IMG/VR virus record: IMGVR_UViG_3300009128_000002
DNA length: 64,000 nt
From: a virus
Reading direction: 5' to 3' (one strand)
Position numbers and translations under genes: made by a program. This document shows positions 36,257-49,100 of this stretch, piece after piece. The stretch's first letter is position 1. Each line of letters starts with the position of its first letter. Below the pieces are notes generated by a model that saw only the letters and a list, made by a program, of their open reading frames with translations, ran no database searches and was not told the origin of the DNA.

Positions 36257-37252
36257 ATGGGTGCTATTGTAACCAGTAAATTCAGAACACAAAACTTGAT
36301 GGTGTTCATTGACCAGTTCAAAACTACTGGTAATGTAGCCACAGATAATTACTTATACCTTGGATTTGGACGTTCAAATGCTTGGGCAGATGATGCTCAA
36401 GGTAATGACGAATCTTCAGGTCAATTCACACTACCCGATCCATTAGATGAAGATGAACATCAGTATTGGTTGGATATTGTTGGTGCAAAGCGTATTCAGA
36501 ATGATGATATTTCGCCTGTACTTCCACGTGTAGACTGGAGTGTTGGCGATACACTTGCGTTTGATGGTGATGTTGCCAATGGTATTACTGGTATTGATGA
36601 GCCTGGTCGTTCTTTCGTATCAAAAACAGGTTCACACTCAACAGTAATGAATTCAAATTACCTTATTTACCAATGTGTTGGTGAGCCTTCTACTGGTAAA
36701 TGTTATATTGGTGGTGTTTATGATAGTGGTACTGCATCTTCTCGTGCTGTTTGTGAAGCAACTACTGGTGGTCTTTGGTTACCTACTGGTGCTTCTGAGG
36801 AACCTACTGGACATAACAATGGTGCAGATATTTCAACTTCAGATGGTTACGTTTGGAAATATCTATACACTTTAGAATTAAATGACATTATTAACTCAAC
36901 TACAAATGACTGGATGCCAGTTATTACAGGTAGTGCAGTGTTACCAGATTCAGACCAATCATTATACGGTGATGTTGATGCAATCTTTACTGCTAAATGC
37001 CACCACGGTCTAATTCACGTTAGATTGGAAACTTCAGATGGTTTCCCAGAAAACGATGACTTCCGTCAAATTGGTTTATTACGTAATCCAGAACTGACAG
37101 GTGGTGGTACACGTGCTCAAGGTTCAGTATATGCAAATGCAGATACCCAAATGGAGACAGACTCAGGTCAGTTAATTTACCTTGAAAATAGACGTGCTAT
37201 TACACGTGCCGCTGACCAGATTGAAGATTTGAAACTTGTAGTTGAATTCTAA
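36257..37252 (+). CDS. gp8: baseplate wedge subunit gp8
   Basis: AIVT.KFR, Y.G.GR...W, DGYVWKYLY, DFRQIGL..NP, SG..IY.ENR..I.RA.DQ.ED.K.V.EF. Confidence 0.92.
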   Translation: MGAIVTSKFRTQNLMVFIDQFKTTGNVATDNYLYLGFGRSNAWADDAQGNDESSGQFTLPDPLDEDEHQYWLDIVGAKRIQNDDISPVLPRVDWSVGDTLAFDGDVANGITGIDEPGRSFVSKTGSHSTVMNSNYLIYQCVGEPSTGKCYIGGVYDSGTASSRAVCEATTGGLWLPTGASEEPTGHNNGADISTSDGYVWKYLYTLELNDIINSTTNDWMPVITGSAVLPDSDQSLYGDVDAIFTAKCHHGLIHVRLETSDGFPENDDFRQIGLLRNPELTGGGTRAQGSVYANADTQMETDSGQLIYLENRRAITRAADQIEDLKLVVEF

Positions 37253-37269
37253 ATCTGCTAAATAGATAT

Positions 37270-37294
37270 AAGGTGTTCATATAGAGCACCTTTT
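37270..37294 (+). terminator. rho-independent terminator
   Basis: AAGGTGTTC-ATATA-GAGCACCTTTT. Confidence 0.6.
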
Positions 37295-37322
37295 AATGAT
37301 TTATTGATAGGAATAGAATAAA

Positions 37323-40300
37323 ATGAGCTACAATTTCAATACAGCACCATATTACGATGATTACGATGCGAATAATAGATTCTTAAAGATTCTATTTAAT
37401 CCAGGCAGAGCAGTTCAGGCCCGTGAATTAACGCAAATTCAATCAATTCTTCAAAATCAAGTTGCATCAGGCGCCAATCATATTTGGAAAGATGGGGCCA
37501 ATGTGTTAGGTGGTGAAGTTTCAATTAACCATAGAGATTGGATACAATTGGCTTCTGCAGATACCTCTTGGTTAAACCGTGTGGTTTATGGAACAACTTC
37601 TAATGCTGTTGCTGTAATTGAGCAATTACATTCTGATGAAACACAACCAATTTATTATTTTAGAACTTTATCTGGTACTTTTGCAGATACAGAAGCACTA
37701 GCAACATATGACACAGTATGTAATGGTGGACAGGATGAGTTTGGTGGGTGTTTAGATAACTCGTGGTATGACAATTCATTAACTGTATTAAACGGTTCTA
37801 TTGTTGCTAAAGGTAAAGCACTTGAAGCCAAGATTGGTAATGGTATTTATTGGATTGATGATAACTTTATTCCTGTATTAGCACAAACTATTTTCTTAGA
37901 TGATAATTCAGCAACACCTACTTGTAAGGTTGGTTTTGATATTGAAGAAACTATTGTTGCTTCTACTACCGATGCAAGTCTTTTAGACCCTGCTTCTGGT
38001 TTTTATAATCAGAATGCTCCAGGCGCTGATAGATATCGCATTACATTAAACCTTGTAAAAGAAACAGATTCATTAGAAGCAAATAAATGGGTTTGGTTGA
38101 TGGATGTTGAAAATGGTGCGATTACTACACAATATGAACGCACTGATTACTCATTACTTGCAAATGAAATTGCTCGTAGAACACACGATGAAAGTGGTAA
38201 TTATACACTAAATCCATTCCCACTGGAATTAAAAAATAACCTAACAGATGATTCATTATACAATATTAAAGTTGAACCATCAAAAGCATATATTAGTGGT
38301 TATGAGCATGAATTATTAGTACCAGTTGAAGTTTCTGCAAATAAATCACGTAGTACAAAAGCAGTAGCAAATGATCACATTACACCAGAATTTGGACCTT
38401 ATTTTGAAGTAGAAAGTGAAAACGATTTTCATGGTGTATTTGATGTATTACATAAAGAGTATGTTATATTTGTAACCAACTCAGACTATACAACTGCAAT
38501 GGCTACACCAGATACTATTGGTGTTGCAAAACGTATTACCCATGTAACAATGGTAGGTACAACATTTAGAATTTATTTAGAAAACGATGAAGGTTTAGAT
38601 GCAATTTCACCTGCTAGATTTATTGTTTCTCAAACAGACCCTTCAGTATATGCAAAATTACATATACCAACAGGTGTTGCAGTACGTAAAGGTGTTAATA
38701 AACCGTGGTTATATGAATTGACAGATGTTGTTTCTTCTGTTACTTCTGGTCAGGTAACATTCTCTACCCAAAAGAACTTCACTGCTCAAATGACTGGTAG
38801 TCGTATTGACGTACCTGCCGGACCAGTAGGTTTACATTTTGAGCGTATATTATATATCTATAATTCAACGTCTGGTAATATTGTACCAAAAGCAGGTACA
38901 ACATCAACCTCAACAGTATTTTGGACTGAGGATTTAAGTGGTAATGATTCTGCTCTTATAACTATTGTGAATTCTAGTGGTGTGGAAGTTACAGATCTAA
39001 ATGGTGATTTCTTACATATTATGTCAGATATGTATCAATCAGATGCAGTATGGAGAAGTATTTCAGAAAATGATACAACTGGTACTTTTACATTATTAAA
39101 TGAAGTATTAACTATACCACATGGTGTACAAAATATTATATCAGTAATTGCACCTGATACAACTGATGTTACTTCTAGTTTTACCTTTGATGATGGTGTT
39201 ACAGATACAACATATAAAGATGGTACATTAACTTGGACTGATACAGTTAATGCATCACAGCCAGGTACATACACAGTAACATTTAAGGCACACACTTTTG
39301 GTGATATTGCAACTGCAACATATTTTACAGTAAATTCTAGAACAACTGCTGGTATTAATTATTCTAATATTGGTGTGTATCAAGGCGACATTAACCAAAA
39401 AGTATATAGACTTTCTGACTGTTTAGATTTTAGAACTTCTGATGAAGATTACTTAACAGGTACATACTTACCATTACCAGAATCTAATATATCTTGCTCA
39501 TATGAATTTTACTTACCACGTAAAGATAGATTGACTATTGACGATGATGGTATTATTAATATTAAAGAAGGTTTCCCATCTGAAGATCCAATATTACCTA
39601 CAGAGTTAGATAATGAGATGACTTTATATGAATTATATGTACCACCATATACATATGATGCAAAAAACATTAATGTAACACACGTTAAAAACAAACGATA
39701 CACAATGCAAGACATTCGTGCTTTGGACGAACGTTTAAATAATTTAGAATATTATACTGCATTAAACTTATTAGAACAAGATACTGCAGCCATGCAGGTA
39801 ACGGATGAGTTAGGTTTTGAGAGATATAAAAATGGTATTTTAGTTGACCCATTCCACGATCATGGTATTGGTGATATCACAAACGACGAATATTATGTTT
39901 CTATTTTCCCAGAAGCAGGTATTTGTACTACCCCATTCACAATGACTGGATTAGATTTTGAATCTGGTACAATGAATGGTATGAAGCAAAACAATTTAAC
40001 ATATACATTAGACTTTAATGTTATTGAGGGTTGGATTTCGCAAAACAATGGTTCACAAGTTATAAACTTAAACCCTTTCGCAAGAAAATCTTGGGTCGGT
40101 TTTGTAACAATTTCACCTTCAACAGATACTTGGTTTGAAGAACTATACGTTCCTGATGTTATTGTTCAAAACGAAAATAACAATTCAGTAACACAACAAC
40201 GAATTGATTATGGCACACAGACACGTTGGAATGCGTGGCAGACAACTTGGAATGGTTGGAGAGATACTGGTGGACGTGAAAACGCATCTGGTTCAGAAGT

Positions 40301-42719
40301 TATTTCTAGTTCTGGTAATGATTGGCAGTGGTCGACTGGTACTTGGAGTACACGTAGAAGTGGTATTACACGTCAAAGACGTATTTGGAGAGAAATACAA
40401 ACAAGAGGTGCATCTTGGGATCAAAGACAAGTACAACAAACTAACCAAGTTAGAACTGGTGAAAGAAGTTGGATAATGACTAACGATATTAGGTCTGAAG
40501 TTAGTGATCTAGTTATTGATACTTCTGCTATTGAGTGGATGCGTTCAAAAGATATTACGATTGAAGCACATAAACTAAAACCAAACACACAAATGCATTT
40601 CAGATTTGATGGTGTTGATGTTGATAATTATGTAGCCCCTAGTGGTGGTGCATATGCAGAACCTGTTGTTACTGACGCATATGGTAAATTAGAAAATGTT
40701 AAATTTACAATTCCATCAGAAGGTGGTGTGGATGGTGTTAGGTTTAGAACTGGTTCTAAAGTTTTAGAAGTTATGGATTCGTTTGATTCTAATATGACTA
40801 CACAAGGTAATGCAGTATTTACATCTGCAGGAACTTTAAAAACAAGAGAGAAAACAATTCTTTCAACATTAGAAAATGTAACAGTTACTGAAAATTTGAC
40901 ACAAAATCAGACTCTATCTGGTGGTACAAGAACAGTTAGACGTGGTGGACAAGTAACCACTACAAGTGAATCACGTACAGTAACAGAGTGGTATGACCCA
41001 GTTTCAGAGTCATTCTTAGTTACAGATTCTGATGGTGGTGTATTTGTAGATTCAATTGATTTATACTTCTGGTCAAAAGATGCAGAAGGCACACCAGTAC
41101 GAGTTGAAATTAGACCTATGGAAAATGGATACCCTACACCTACAGAAATTCCAATGGCATCTGTTATGTTGTATCCTGATGATGTTGTTACATCTAATGA
41201 CGGTAGTGCAAATACTAGATTCCAATTCGCAGACCCAATTTATTTAATGAATAATACAGAGTATTGTTTTGTTGTTATTTCAGATTCATTAAATTATAAC
41301 ATTTTCATATCAGAATTAGGTGAAGTTGATCTTATTACTGGTGATAGAATTAGTTCACAACCATATCTTGGTTCAATGTTCACTTCACAGAATAATACAA
41401 CGTGGACACCAGAACAAAATAAAGATATTAAATTTAGAATTAATAAATGTTCATTTGATACTGGTACTGAAGGTACAATACAAATTAATATGAAGGGATT
41501 TGAAGGAACTAAAAAAGTTACTTCATTTACACCATCTTTCGCACCAATGACATTACAAGGTACTGATGTTACATTAGAAGCAATTATTAATGGTGATACA
41601 AATAACACTATTACTGGTGTGGTTGATAGAGAGGATGTTGTTCTAGAACAACAAGTAACTCTAGATGGCTCACATACTATTGACGCTGGTTACCAATATA
41701 CACCTATTTCGTATATTGCAAAATACACATCAAGTAATAGTAATATTTCACCAGTTATTAATGCAGAAAGAATGAGTACGGTTGTACAAAATAATGTAAT
41801 TTCAGATGATGATGTATTATTAAAGAATCAAAAAGGTATTTATGTTTCTAAGTTTGTACAATTAGCAAATCCTGCTGAAGATTTAATTATGTGGTTATCT
41901 ATTCAAGAAGTACCTAATACTTATGTTAAGGTATTTTACGATACAGGTAAAGTTATTCCACGTTATATTGATATTATACCATATACAAATACAATTACTC
42001 ATGGCGATTTTGATGTTAATGATTTCGAGGAAGAATATAGTTACATATACCCTGCAGGAACGTTTTCACCAGAAAATATTATCACAAACCAAAATGCACC
42101 ACAAAATAATTGGAATGGTGTAATTGGTGCCACTGGTAGTGGTTCTACACACGTTTCAACGGCATATGTAGATGGTGATGATGAACCAACCAACTTAACA
42201 AGAATGCATTTGGTTGATATGTCTAACATGAAAGGAATTAAACAAGGTTGTTTCATTTCTAGATATGATTTAGATGGTGTAACACATGATATAACATCGT
42301 CAGGTGTTGGTACTGATATTTCTAATTATGAAGTGGATGATATTTGGTTTGGTACATGGGATGATGATTTAGATAGAAAGTTCTGGAGAAAGGTTTTATT
42401 ACCTAATGGTACATTTAGTAAAGAACCAGTTCCTATTTTATATATCGATTCAATTGTTGATGCAGACCATGAAGATTATGGTTCAGGACTTGCCGTTATT
42501 GAAGAAGAACCTATCGAGTGGAGAGAAATGAAAGATAGTGGTGTTTCTATTTCTAACAGTACAGTTGTTACTAATATGGAATTTATAGAGCACACATTCA
42601 AACCTTTAAAGAAAGTTGTAGATGAGTTCGATTCATTTAGAATAAAAATTGAATTACATACAACCAATCCTTGTTATTTACCTGCAGTACGTGAATTACG
42701 TGTACTGGCAATGACATAA
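37323..42719 (+). CDS. VrlC/DUF4815-like virion structural protein
   Basis: N..PYYDD.D....F..ILF.PG..VQARELTQ.QSILQNQ, APGADR, ARRT.DESG.Y, RYTM.DI..L..R..NLEYYT.L.LLE, DP...SF. Confidence 0.9.
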   Translation: MSYNFNTAPYYDDYDANNRFLKILFNPGRAVQARELTQIQSILQNQVASGANHIWKDGANVLGGEVSINHRDWIQLASADTSWLNRVVYGTTSNAVAVIEQLHSDETQPIYYFRTLSGTFADTEALATYDTVCNGGQDEFGGCLDNSWYDNSLTVLNGSIVAKGKALEAKIGNGIYWIDDNFIPVLAQTIFLDDNSATPTCKVGFDIEETIVASTTDASLLDPASGFYNQNAPGADRYRITLNLVKETDSLEANKWVWLMDVENGAITTQYERTDYSLLANEIARRTHDESGNYTLNPFPLELKNNLTDDSLYNIKVEPSKAYISGYEHELLVPVEVSANKSRSTKAVANDHITPEFGPYFEVESENDFHGVFDVLHKEYVIFVTNSDYTTAMATPDTIGVAKRITHVTMVGTTFRIYLENDEGLDAISPARFIVSQTDPSVYAKLHIPTGVAVRKGVNKPWLYELTDVVSSVTSGQVTFSTQKNFTAQMTGSRIDVPAGPVGLHFERILYIYNSTSGNIVPKAGTTSTSTVFWTEDLSGNDSALITIVNSSGVEVTDLNGDFLHIMSDMYQSDAVWRSISENDTTGTFTLLNEVLTIPHGVQNIISVIAPDTTDVTSSFTFDDGVTDTTYKDGTLTWTDTVNASQPGTYTVTFKAHTFGDIATATYFTVNSRTTAGINYSNIGVYQGDINQKVYRLSDCLDFRTSDEDYLTGTYLPLPESNISCSYEFYLPRKDRLTIDDDGIINIKEGFPSEDPILPTELDNEMTLYELYVPPYTYDAKNINVTHVKNKRYTMQDIRALDERLNNLEYYTALNLLEQDTAAMQVTDELGFERYKNGILVDPFHDHGIGDITNDEYYVSIFPEAGICTTPFTMTGLDFESGTMNGMKQNNLTYTLDFNVIEGWISQNNGSQVINLNPFARKSWVGFVTISPSTDTWFEELYVPDVIVQNENNNSVTQQRIDYGTQTRWNAWQTTWNGWRDTGGRENASGSEVISSSGNDWQWSTGTWSTRRSGITRQRRIWREIQTRGASWDQRQVQQTNQVRTGERSWIMTNDIRSEVSDLVIDTSAIEWMRSKDITIEAHKLKPNTQMHFRFDGVDVDNYVAPSGGAYAEPVVTDAYGKLENVKFTIPSEGGVDGVRFRTGSKVLEVMDSFDSNMTTQGNAVFTSAGTLKTREKTILSTLENVTVTENLTQNQTLSGGTRTVRRGGQVTTTSESRTVTEWYDPVSESFLVTDSDGGVFVDSIDLYFWSKDAEGTPVRVEIRPMENGYPTPTEIPMASVMLYPDDVVTSNDGSANTRFQFADPIYLMNNTEYCFVVISDSLNYNIFISELGEVDLITGDRISSQPYLGSMFTSQNNTTWTPEQNKDIKFRINKCSFDTGTEGTIQINMKGFEGTKKVTSFTPSFAPMTLQGTDVTLEAIINGDTNNTITGVVDREDVVLEQQVTLDGSHTIDAGYQYTPISYIAKYTSSNSNISPVINAERMSTVVQNNVISDDDVLLKNQKGIYVSKFVQLANPAEDLIMWLSIQEVPNTYVKVFYDTGKVIPRYIDIIPYTNTITHGDFDVNDFEEEYSYIYPAGTFSPENIITNQNAPQNNWNGVIGATGSGSTHVSTAYVDGDDEPTNLTRMHLVDMSNMKGIKQGCFISRYDLDGVTHDITSSGVGTDISNYEVDDIWFGTWDDDLDRKFWRKVLLPNGTFSKEPVPILYIDSIVDADHEDYGSGLAVIEEEPIEWREMKDSGVSISNSTVVTNMEFIEHTFKPLKKVVDEFDSFRIKIELHTTNPCYLPAVRELRVLAMT

Positions 42720-42732
42720 AGGAGAATGTAAT

Positions 42733-42936
42733 ATGAAAGAATTAAGATACAAAAAAGATCCTAACACTGGTGCAGTTGTGTTTATGGATGCAGATGCATA
42801 TTCTGCCCGTAAAAAGGTTTTAAGAAATCAAAAAAACACAATTCAGACACAGAAGGATTCTAAAAAAGTTATAAATAGTTTAAGAAATGAAGTTTCTGAA
42901 CTAAAGAAATTAGTAAGGGATTTATTAGAAAAATAG
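42733..42936 (+). CDS. small conserved virion-associated protein following VrlC
   Basis: KDP.TGAV...D..AY......, C-terminal coiled coil. Confidence 0.8.
   Translation: MKELRYKKDPNTGAVVFMDADAYSARKKVLRNQKNTIQTQKDSKKVINSLRNEVSELKKLVRDLLEK
42870..42877 (+). promoter_or_regulatory. T4-type late promoter (inside upstream CDS)
   Basis: TATAAATA about 70 nt upstream of 42946. Confidence 0.5.
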
Positions 42937-42945
42937 AGGGTTATT

Positions 42946-43149
42946 ATGGCTACTACTGAAACTGGTTTTACACAAATTCCATATGTTAGAAAAGATGACA
43001 CGTTTAAAGAGTGGAGAGAGCGTACTAACCTTATGATTCAGCAACAAAATAACTTCGTTAAGATGCAAGAATTTGATATGCTTGGTGTTAATGACACGTG
43101 GGTTAGAACTTCAATGCAACTGAATTATTCTGGTGAAACAGAAGAATAA
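42946..43149 (+). CDS. small protein resembling a tail-fibre N-terminal anchor
   Basis: V.KDDTFKEWRERTN motif. Confidence 0.7.
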   Translation: MATTETGFTQIPYVRKDDTFKEWRERTNLMIQQQNNFVKMQEFDMLGVNDTWVRTSMQLNYSGETEE

Positions 43150-43176
43150 TAATTAATATTTAAGGAAAGAACACCA

Positions 43177-46100
43177 ATGGCACATTACACTGGACATACG
43201 TTCACACTGACTGAACTTAATACTATTGAGCAACAAAAATCTGATTTTTTAGATTCTTTGAATATTAAATTATCTTCACCTGACCTTTTGGTTAAGGATT
43301 TAGCACTTATGTTAAAATCTTTAGAGGTGATGGAAAATTTAGAGCACCTTCAAGAATATAAAGATTTCATTATTAATGTTGCACAAAAATCTGCTGAGTT
43401 TGTTAACCCAATTGAATTAATCACTAACGGTGGTTTTGATGTTACATATAACACAACCAACCTAGTTCAAAACTCTTCTTTTGACAATGACGCATTTGAA
43501 GTTGAATTAGTTAAGAACTCTGGTTTTGATGTTCCTGTAGACCTTGCACGTCCTTGGGCGAATGGTATTGCATACTTATTTGATATTTTTACTACTGAAG
43601 GAACTGAAGTTATTCGTGCATATACTGATGGTCAACAGACTGCAGTTGCATGGTTTGAAACTGTTCTTAAACCAAACACTCAATATAAATTCTCATACGA
43701 CCTAACAATTAATAATGTAAATTGGGATTTACCTAACGGTGGTTTCAATATGGTTGATATTCCATCTACAGATAAAATGGTGTTTTCTGAGGCAGGTGGT
43801 GGTCCAGACCCACAACAAATTGTTATTTCAATTATTGAAGACGAGAATTTAGTTCTTCCGACTTGTAATGGTGAAGTGGTAGAATGGGATAACACTGTTG
43901 ACTACAACCTTGCACTTGGTGAAATGGAAAATGCCTGTAAAGCAAACGATGCCGTATGGAACTACGACCCTGTCTCATCTTCATTCTATTGTGATGATGA
44001 TGGTGATGGTTACCCAGGCAATGGTGCAGTTGATCAGGCGGCTTGTTATGCAAATAACGCCGTTTGGGATGAGGGCGAATTAACTAACCCTAATACACAA
44101 CAACACGACATTGTTCCTTATCACGTAGAAGCACGTGAAGGTGATACACTTATCTTTACTAACCCAGTTGGTAACTATTTGGTACACAACGCAGTATCTG
44201 ATGATAACATTTCATTCACTTCACCAGATTTAAACCCAGGCGAAACATGGAATTGGGTTGTTGATGGATACCACGACATTTATTACCATTGTACTTTCCA
44301 CCCTCTTGAAGAAGGTAGAATGACCACAAAAACTAATCATAGATATGTTTACTCTATTGACCACGGATTGAATCCAGGCGATACTGTTAAAATGGCAATT
44401 AACTATGGTTCTATGGTTTCGTTACCATCATTATCTAACTCATACTTTATTAACTTATTATTACCTAATACACTTTCAACTACTGGTGGTGCGCCATATA
44501 CTGCTGTTGAATCATTATACCACGATTTATCTATTGGTAATGTTATTAGTATGCAATCGGGCGATGTAGAAACTAATCCAGAAGCAGGTGTACCAATGAT
44601 TGTTACTTTTGCCGGAGGTGTTGACGCAGAAACCATTTCTGCAACTGCTTCAGCAAATGTTACTGCTGGTGTAGTAAGTGGTTTAGAATTAACTGCAAAC
44701 GGTCAGAATTATACATCTAAACCACTACTTTATATCACTGGTGGTGGTGGTTCTGGTGCTACTGGTACATTAGAATTTGATGGTGGATTGTCGGGTATTG
44801 AATTAAGCGAAGTGGGGGCCGGTTATCAATCAACACCAACAATTCAAATTTCTGCACCAGATGTTGGTCAATTAGGTCCAGATTCTTCATGTACAGATCC
44901 TACATACACAGATCAAACTTCTTGTGAAACTGCATTAGAAACTTGGTATGAAGTTATTAATACTATTCAAGCAGAAGCAAGTTGCACAATTACACCTACA
45001 GGTGAAATTGATACAATTACAGTTACAAATATGGGTTCGGGTTATCACACACCACCAACTATTACTTTCATAGGTGGTTCACCAACAGTAGCCGGCGCTG
45101 CTAATGCTATCATAGATGGTTCTGTATATTCAGTTACATTAACTTCGGGTGGTTCTGGTTACGGTTCTGGTGATGGTTCTGTTGGTGTTGGTGAACGTCG
45201 TTGGGAAGATTATATTATTACTGCTGTTGCAAAAGGTAATGAAAGAGTAGATGTATTCTTTGATGATGTAAATCAAATTGGTCATACTCATACTGCCGAA
45301 ATCACACCTGCAGAATATGTTCAAATTCAAGCAAGTACAGCAACTATGATTGTTACTTCTGAAGATGCAGGTCATACTCATACTGCAACTTTTGATTGGG
45401 ACGCAAGTGCAAATAATGGTGGCGGTGCAATGTTCCTTGTTGGTATGACAGGTTCACATACACACGGTATGGAAAATTATTACGATATTACTGGTGGTAC
45501 TAAAGTAGAATTAGTAAACTTTGGTCACTATCATGAAATATTAATTACTGAAGCCGATGAAGCCACACTAAAAGCCGCTCCTTTACAAAATGTAACACAA
45601 GATATTGATGGTACTTGGAGTGCAACTTCTGGTAATACCATTATTAGAACTTCAGACTTTGGTACTTCAGATCCACAACATTTCCATACAGTAGAATTTG
45701 GTTGTTTAGACCCTGCTACTGATACATATTTAATTATTGAAGTTGACCAACATATCCACGATATGGGTAGAGTTTGGTATCCAGGCAGTAACCAATTCAC
45801 TGTTGGTAAATATGACTTCGCATTGGGTGGTGATGATTTAAACCCATCTGCTATTGCAACACCATTTACTGATATTAATGGTTATGTTAAGAAAGAAAAG
45901 GGTATTGAGTCAGACGCTCATGGATTAATTCCTGGCGATAGAGTACACTTTGAAAACGTATATAACGGAATCCACCACGGTAACACAAACTACTGGGTTG
46001 ATTATGTAATCGATGCAGACCACTTCGCATTAACTGAAGTAGTTATTTACCCACTAGAAAATTCTGCCGGTACTACCCCAACAATCCATAATGTTATTGA

Positions 46101-49100
46101 AGAGTATGAAGTGGTTGCCGATTTGGCATCTTACAGATTCCAAGTTGACCGTGATATTACTAATCATATTGGTTCGCCTTATGTTGAAGGTATAGAAATT
46201 CTTTGGAGTCGTCCTAATACAGTTAAATCAAACAATCATGGTTTATCTGTTGGTGATATTGTACAGTTGCCTTCTGGTGAACAACCATATACACCATCTG
46301 AATTGCCTGGTGCTATGAACGACCATACGGTTGTTGCTTTAGGTGATGGTTATGGTCCGACAGATAATATGGAAATTACAGTAGATACTAACACTACTGT
46401 AACTTGGAACGACCCTACACTTACAACAGTTGAAGGTGCTCAAGACTCGCCTTGGTTATGGTCTTGGTGGGATCATACTGCAGATTCTTACTTCCCTTAT
46501 CAAAGAGCAGGTGCCACTTATGACAACTTCGGTGGTAATGATGGTATTAACGGTGGTTTTGAATTATTCCGTGGTGGTACATATAAGTTTACTAATAATG
46601 CTTGGAATCCATCTGGTCATATTACATTAAACGACCCAGTAACTGGTAACCCAACACCTATGTATATGCACGCCGCTGGTGTTAAAGCAATGCTTGGTGC
46701 TGGGTGGGATAACCTTGTTCAAGCAGGTATGGTACAAAACGATGGAAACAATTGTGTTTCTATGAGAGCAAATCACGGTCTAACAATTACTGCTGGTGAC
46801 CATAATGACTTCGTTAATACTGAAGAAGAGCCAGGAACGTGGGTAGGTTCAGAACCATTCCCTGTTTGTATGGGACTAGGTGGTTGGTGTGAAGAATTAG
46901 ACGTTGATGGTTGGTATTATAATGGTGAAGACGTTAAATCTAACTGTGAAGCACTTAACCCTACTAATGACCCAGGCTTAGCACAATGGAGAGAATCACA
47001 ATTTATTGGTAACTTCTCAAAAGAATTTACTTGGACTATTCCTGAAGATTTCGGTTTGACAGGTTCAGATGGTGCAACTGGATTAGGTCCTTTTGTACCA
47101 CCTGGCGAGGTTAATGGTGCTTACCATATGACACATGATGGTGGTTTATACCGTTTTGATAAATCTGGTATGATTGAAGGTACTAACAGAACGATTAATT
47201 TATATCGTGGTGGTACATACACGTTTAAGATTAACTCTGCTGGACACCCACTTTACGTTACAACAGATGACGGTTCGCATTTCACGCCAGGTGCATACTT
47301 TGGTGAATACTTATTAGGTGTTCAAAACTCACGTGCAGAAGAAGGTGCTGGTGTTCAGACTGAAGGAACTGATATGTGGGGTAATGACGATTCTGGTGTT
47401 CCAAAATACGAAGAGTTAGTATGGACTGTTCCAGAAGTTGCGCCAGATACTATGTACTATCAGTGTGCATGGCACGCTTCAATGATGGGACAATTCAATA
47501 TCCTTGATATGCCTGTTATTAACGCTGGTGATGATATTGTTGTTTACTTCCATCACGGTCAAGACAATATGTACACTCCATTACATATTAAGGATAAGAT
47601 TGTTGTTGATAATGGTACATCTACAGATTACTTCCAAGTACAACCTGCCCCAGAAAATGCGTTCCCAGTAAAAGGAACTCAAGCAGATATTTTAGGTACT
47701 AATAATGCACTTACTGCTACTGGTCCTGGCGCTGTACCAGAAATACAGGCAATGAATATTGAATTAGGTACTGTATCTTATATCGACCCTCTTGCGATGG
47801 TGCCAGGTATTGGTTCTGAGCAATTCCTTGTTACTAATGATATTGGTGGACTTGCTAAAGTTTACTTCAGTGTAGATATTGATCAACGTTCTGATATTAT
47901 TTTAGACAATGTAACATTTAAAGAAGTTGTATGGACTGAAACAGGTTCTTGGCAGATTCAAGGTGGTTCTGCATTTACTAATACTACAGATGCCGCTTAT
48001 ATTGAGCAGATTGTGACTGGTTCTATTTCCGAAGGTGTTACATACGAAGTTAAATACGATATTATTGAATCATTTAAAGACCAATATGGTGCTGAAATTG
48101 GTTCTATTACTGCAGAATTGCGTGGTGACACGATAGTTCAAGGTATTTCTAACACTTTAGTTGGTCATTATTCTGAAACTCTAGTTGCTCCTGCAAATAC
48201 TACTATTCTTAGATTAGTTAATAGTGGTAAAGGTAAGATTGATAACATTTCTATTAAAGAACGTGTTACTGGTCAGAATGCTTGGTCTATGGGTGAAGGT
48301 TGGACATCTGATGGTGCAAAAGCATATTTAGATGGTTCTATTGCTTCTTCTACTGAAGTTTCTCAAACAGTTTCTATTGATACTGGTAAACTATACGAAG
48401 TTAAATACTCACTTGCAGATGTAGATAACGATAATAATGGTATGACTGGACGTATGAGAGTAACATTGGGTACTAACCCAAATCAGTTAATTTCTAATTG
48501 GAACTTCGATATTACAGATACTGATTTAGTTAATTGGACTAATTCAAGTGATACTGTTCAAATTATCGATGGACAACTGATATTTAACTCTGCTTCTAAT
48601 GATACTTCTACTTACACACTATCTAACGCATTAGTTGGTGGTGTTAAATATGAATTAACTATTGATTGTGATTTAATTGAAGATAATATCCTTAACTTCC
48701 AAGTTGGACCTGGCCCTACTGGTACACATCCACACACTTTCCAAATGACTGAGTCGCAGGGTCAATGGTTACAAGAAAGCACAAATAACAGTTTAACATT
48801 CGAGCAAACCGATGGTTATCATGCAGAAACATATACACACGAATTTACAATTAAGTGGTTAAATGTTGGTGGTATTAATCAATATACGATAACAGAACAA
48901 TCAAATCCTGAAGGACACGATGAATTAACGTTGGTTTCTACTACTATTAATACACCTAGTATTGATTTTGTAATCAACGGAAACACAATGGGTACTATTA
49001 ATAAGTCTGGTATTCGCCATATTAACTTTATTGGTGAAATTACTACAGATTTAGTATTAAATATGAACGATTCTGGTGCTATTAATAGTGTTAAATTGGT

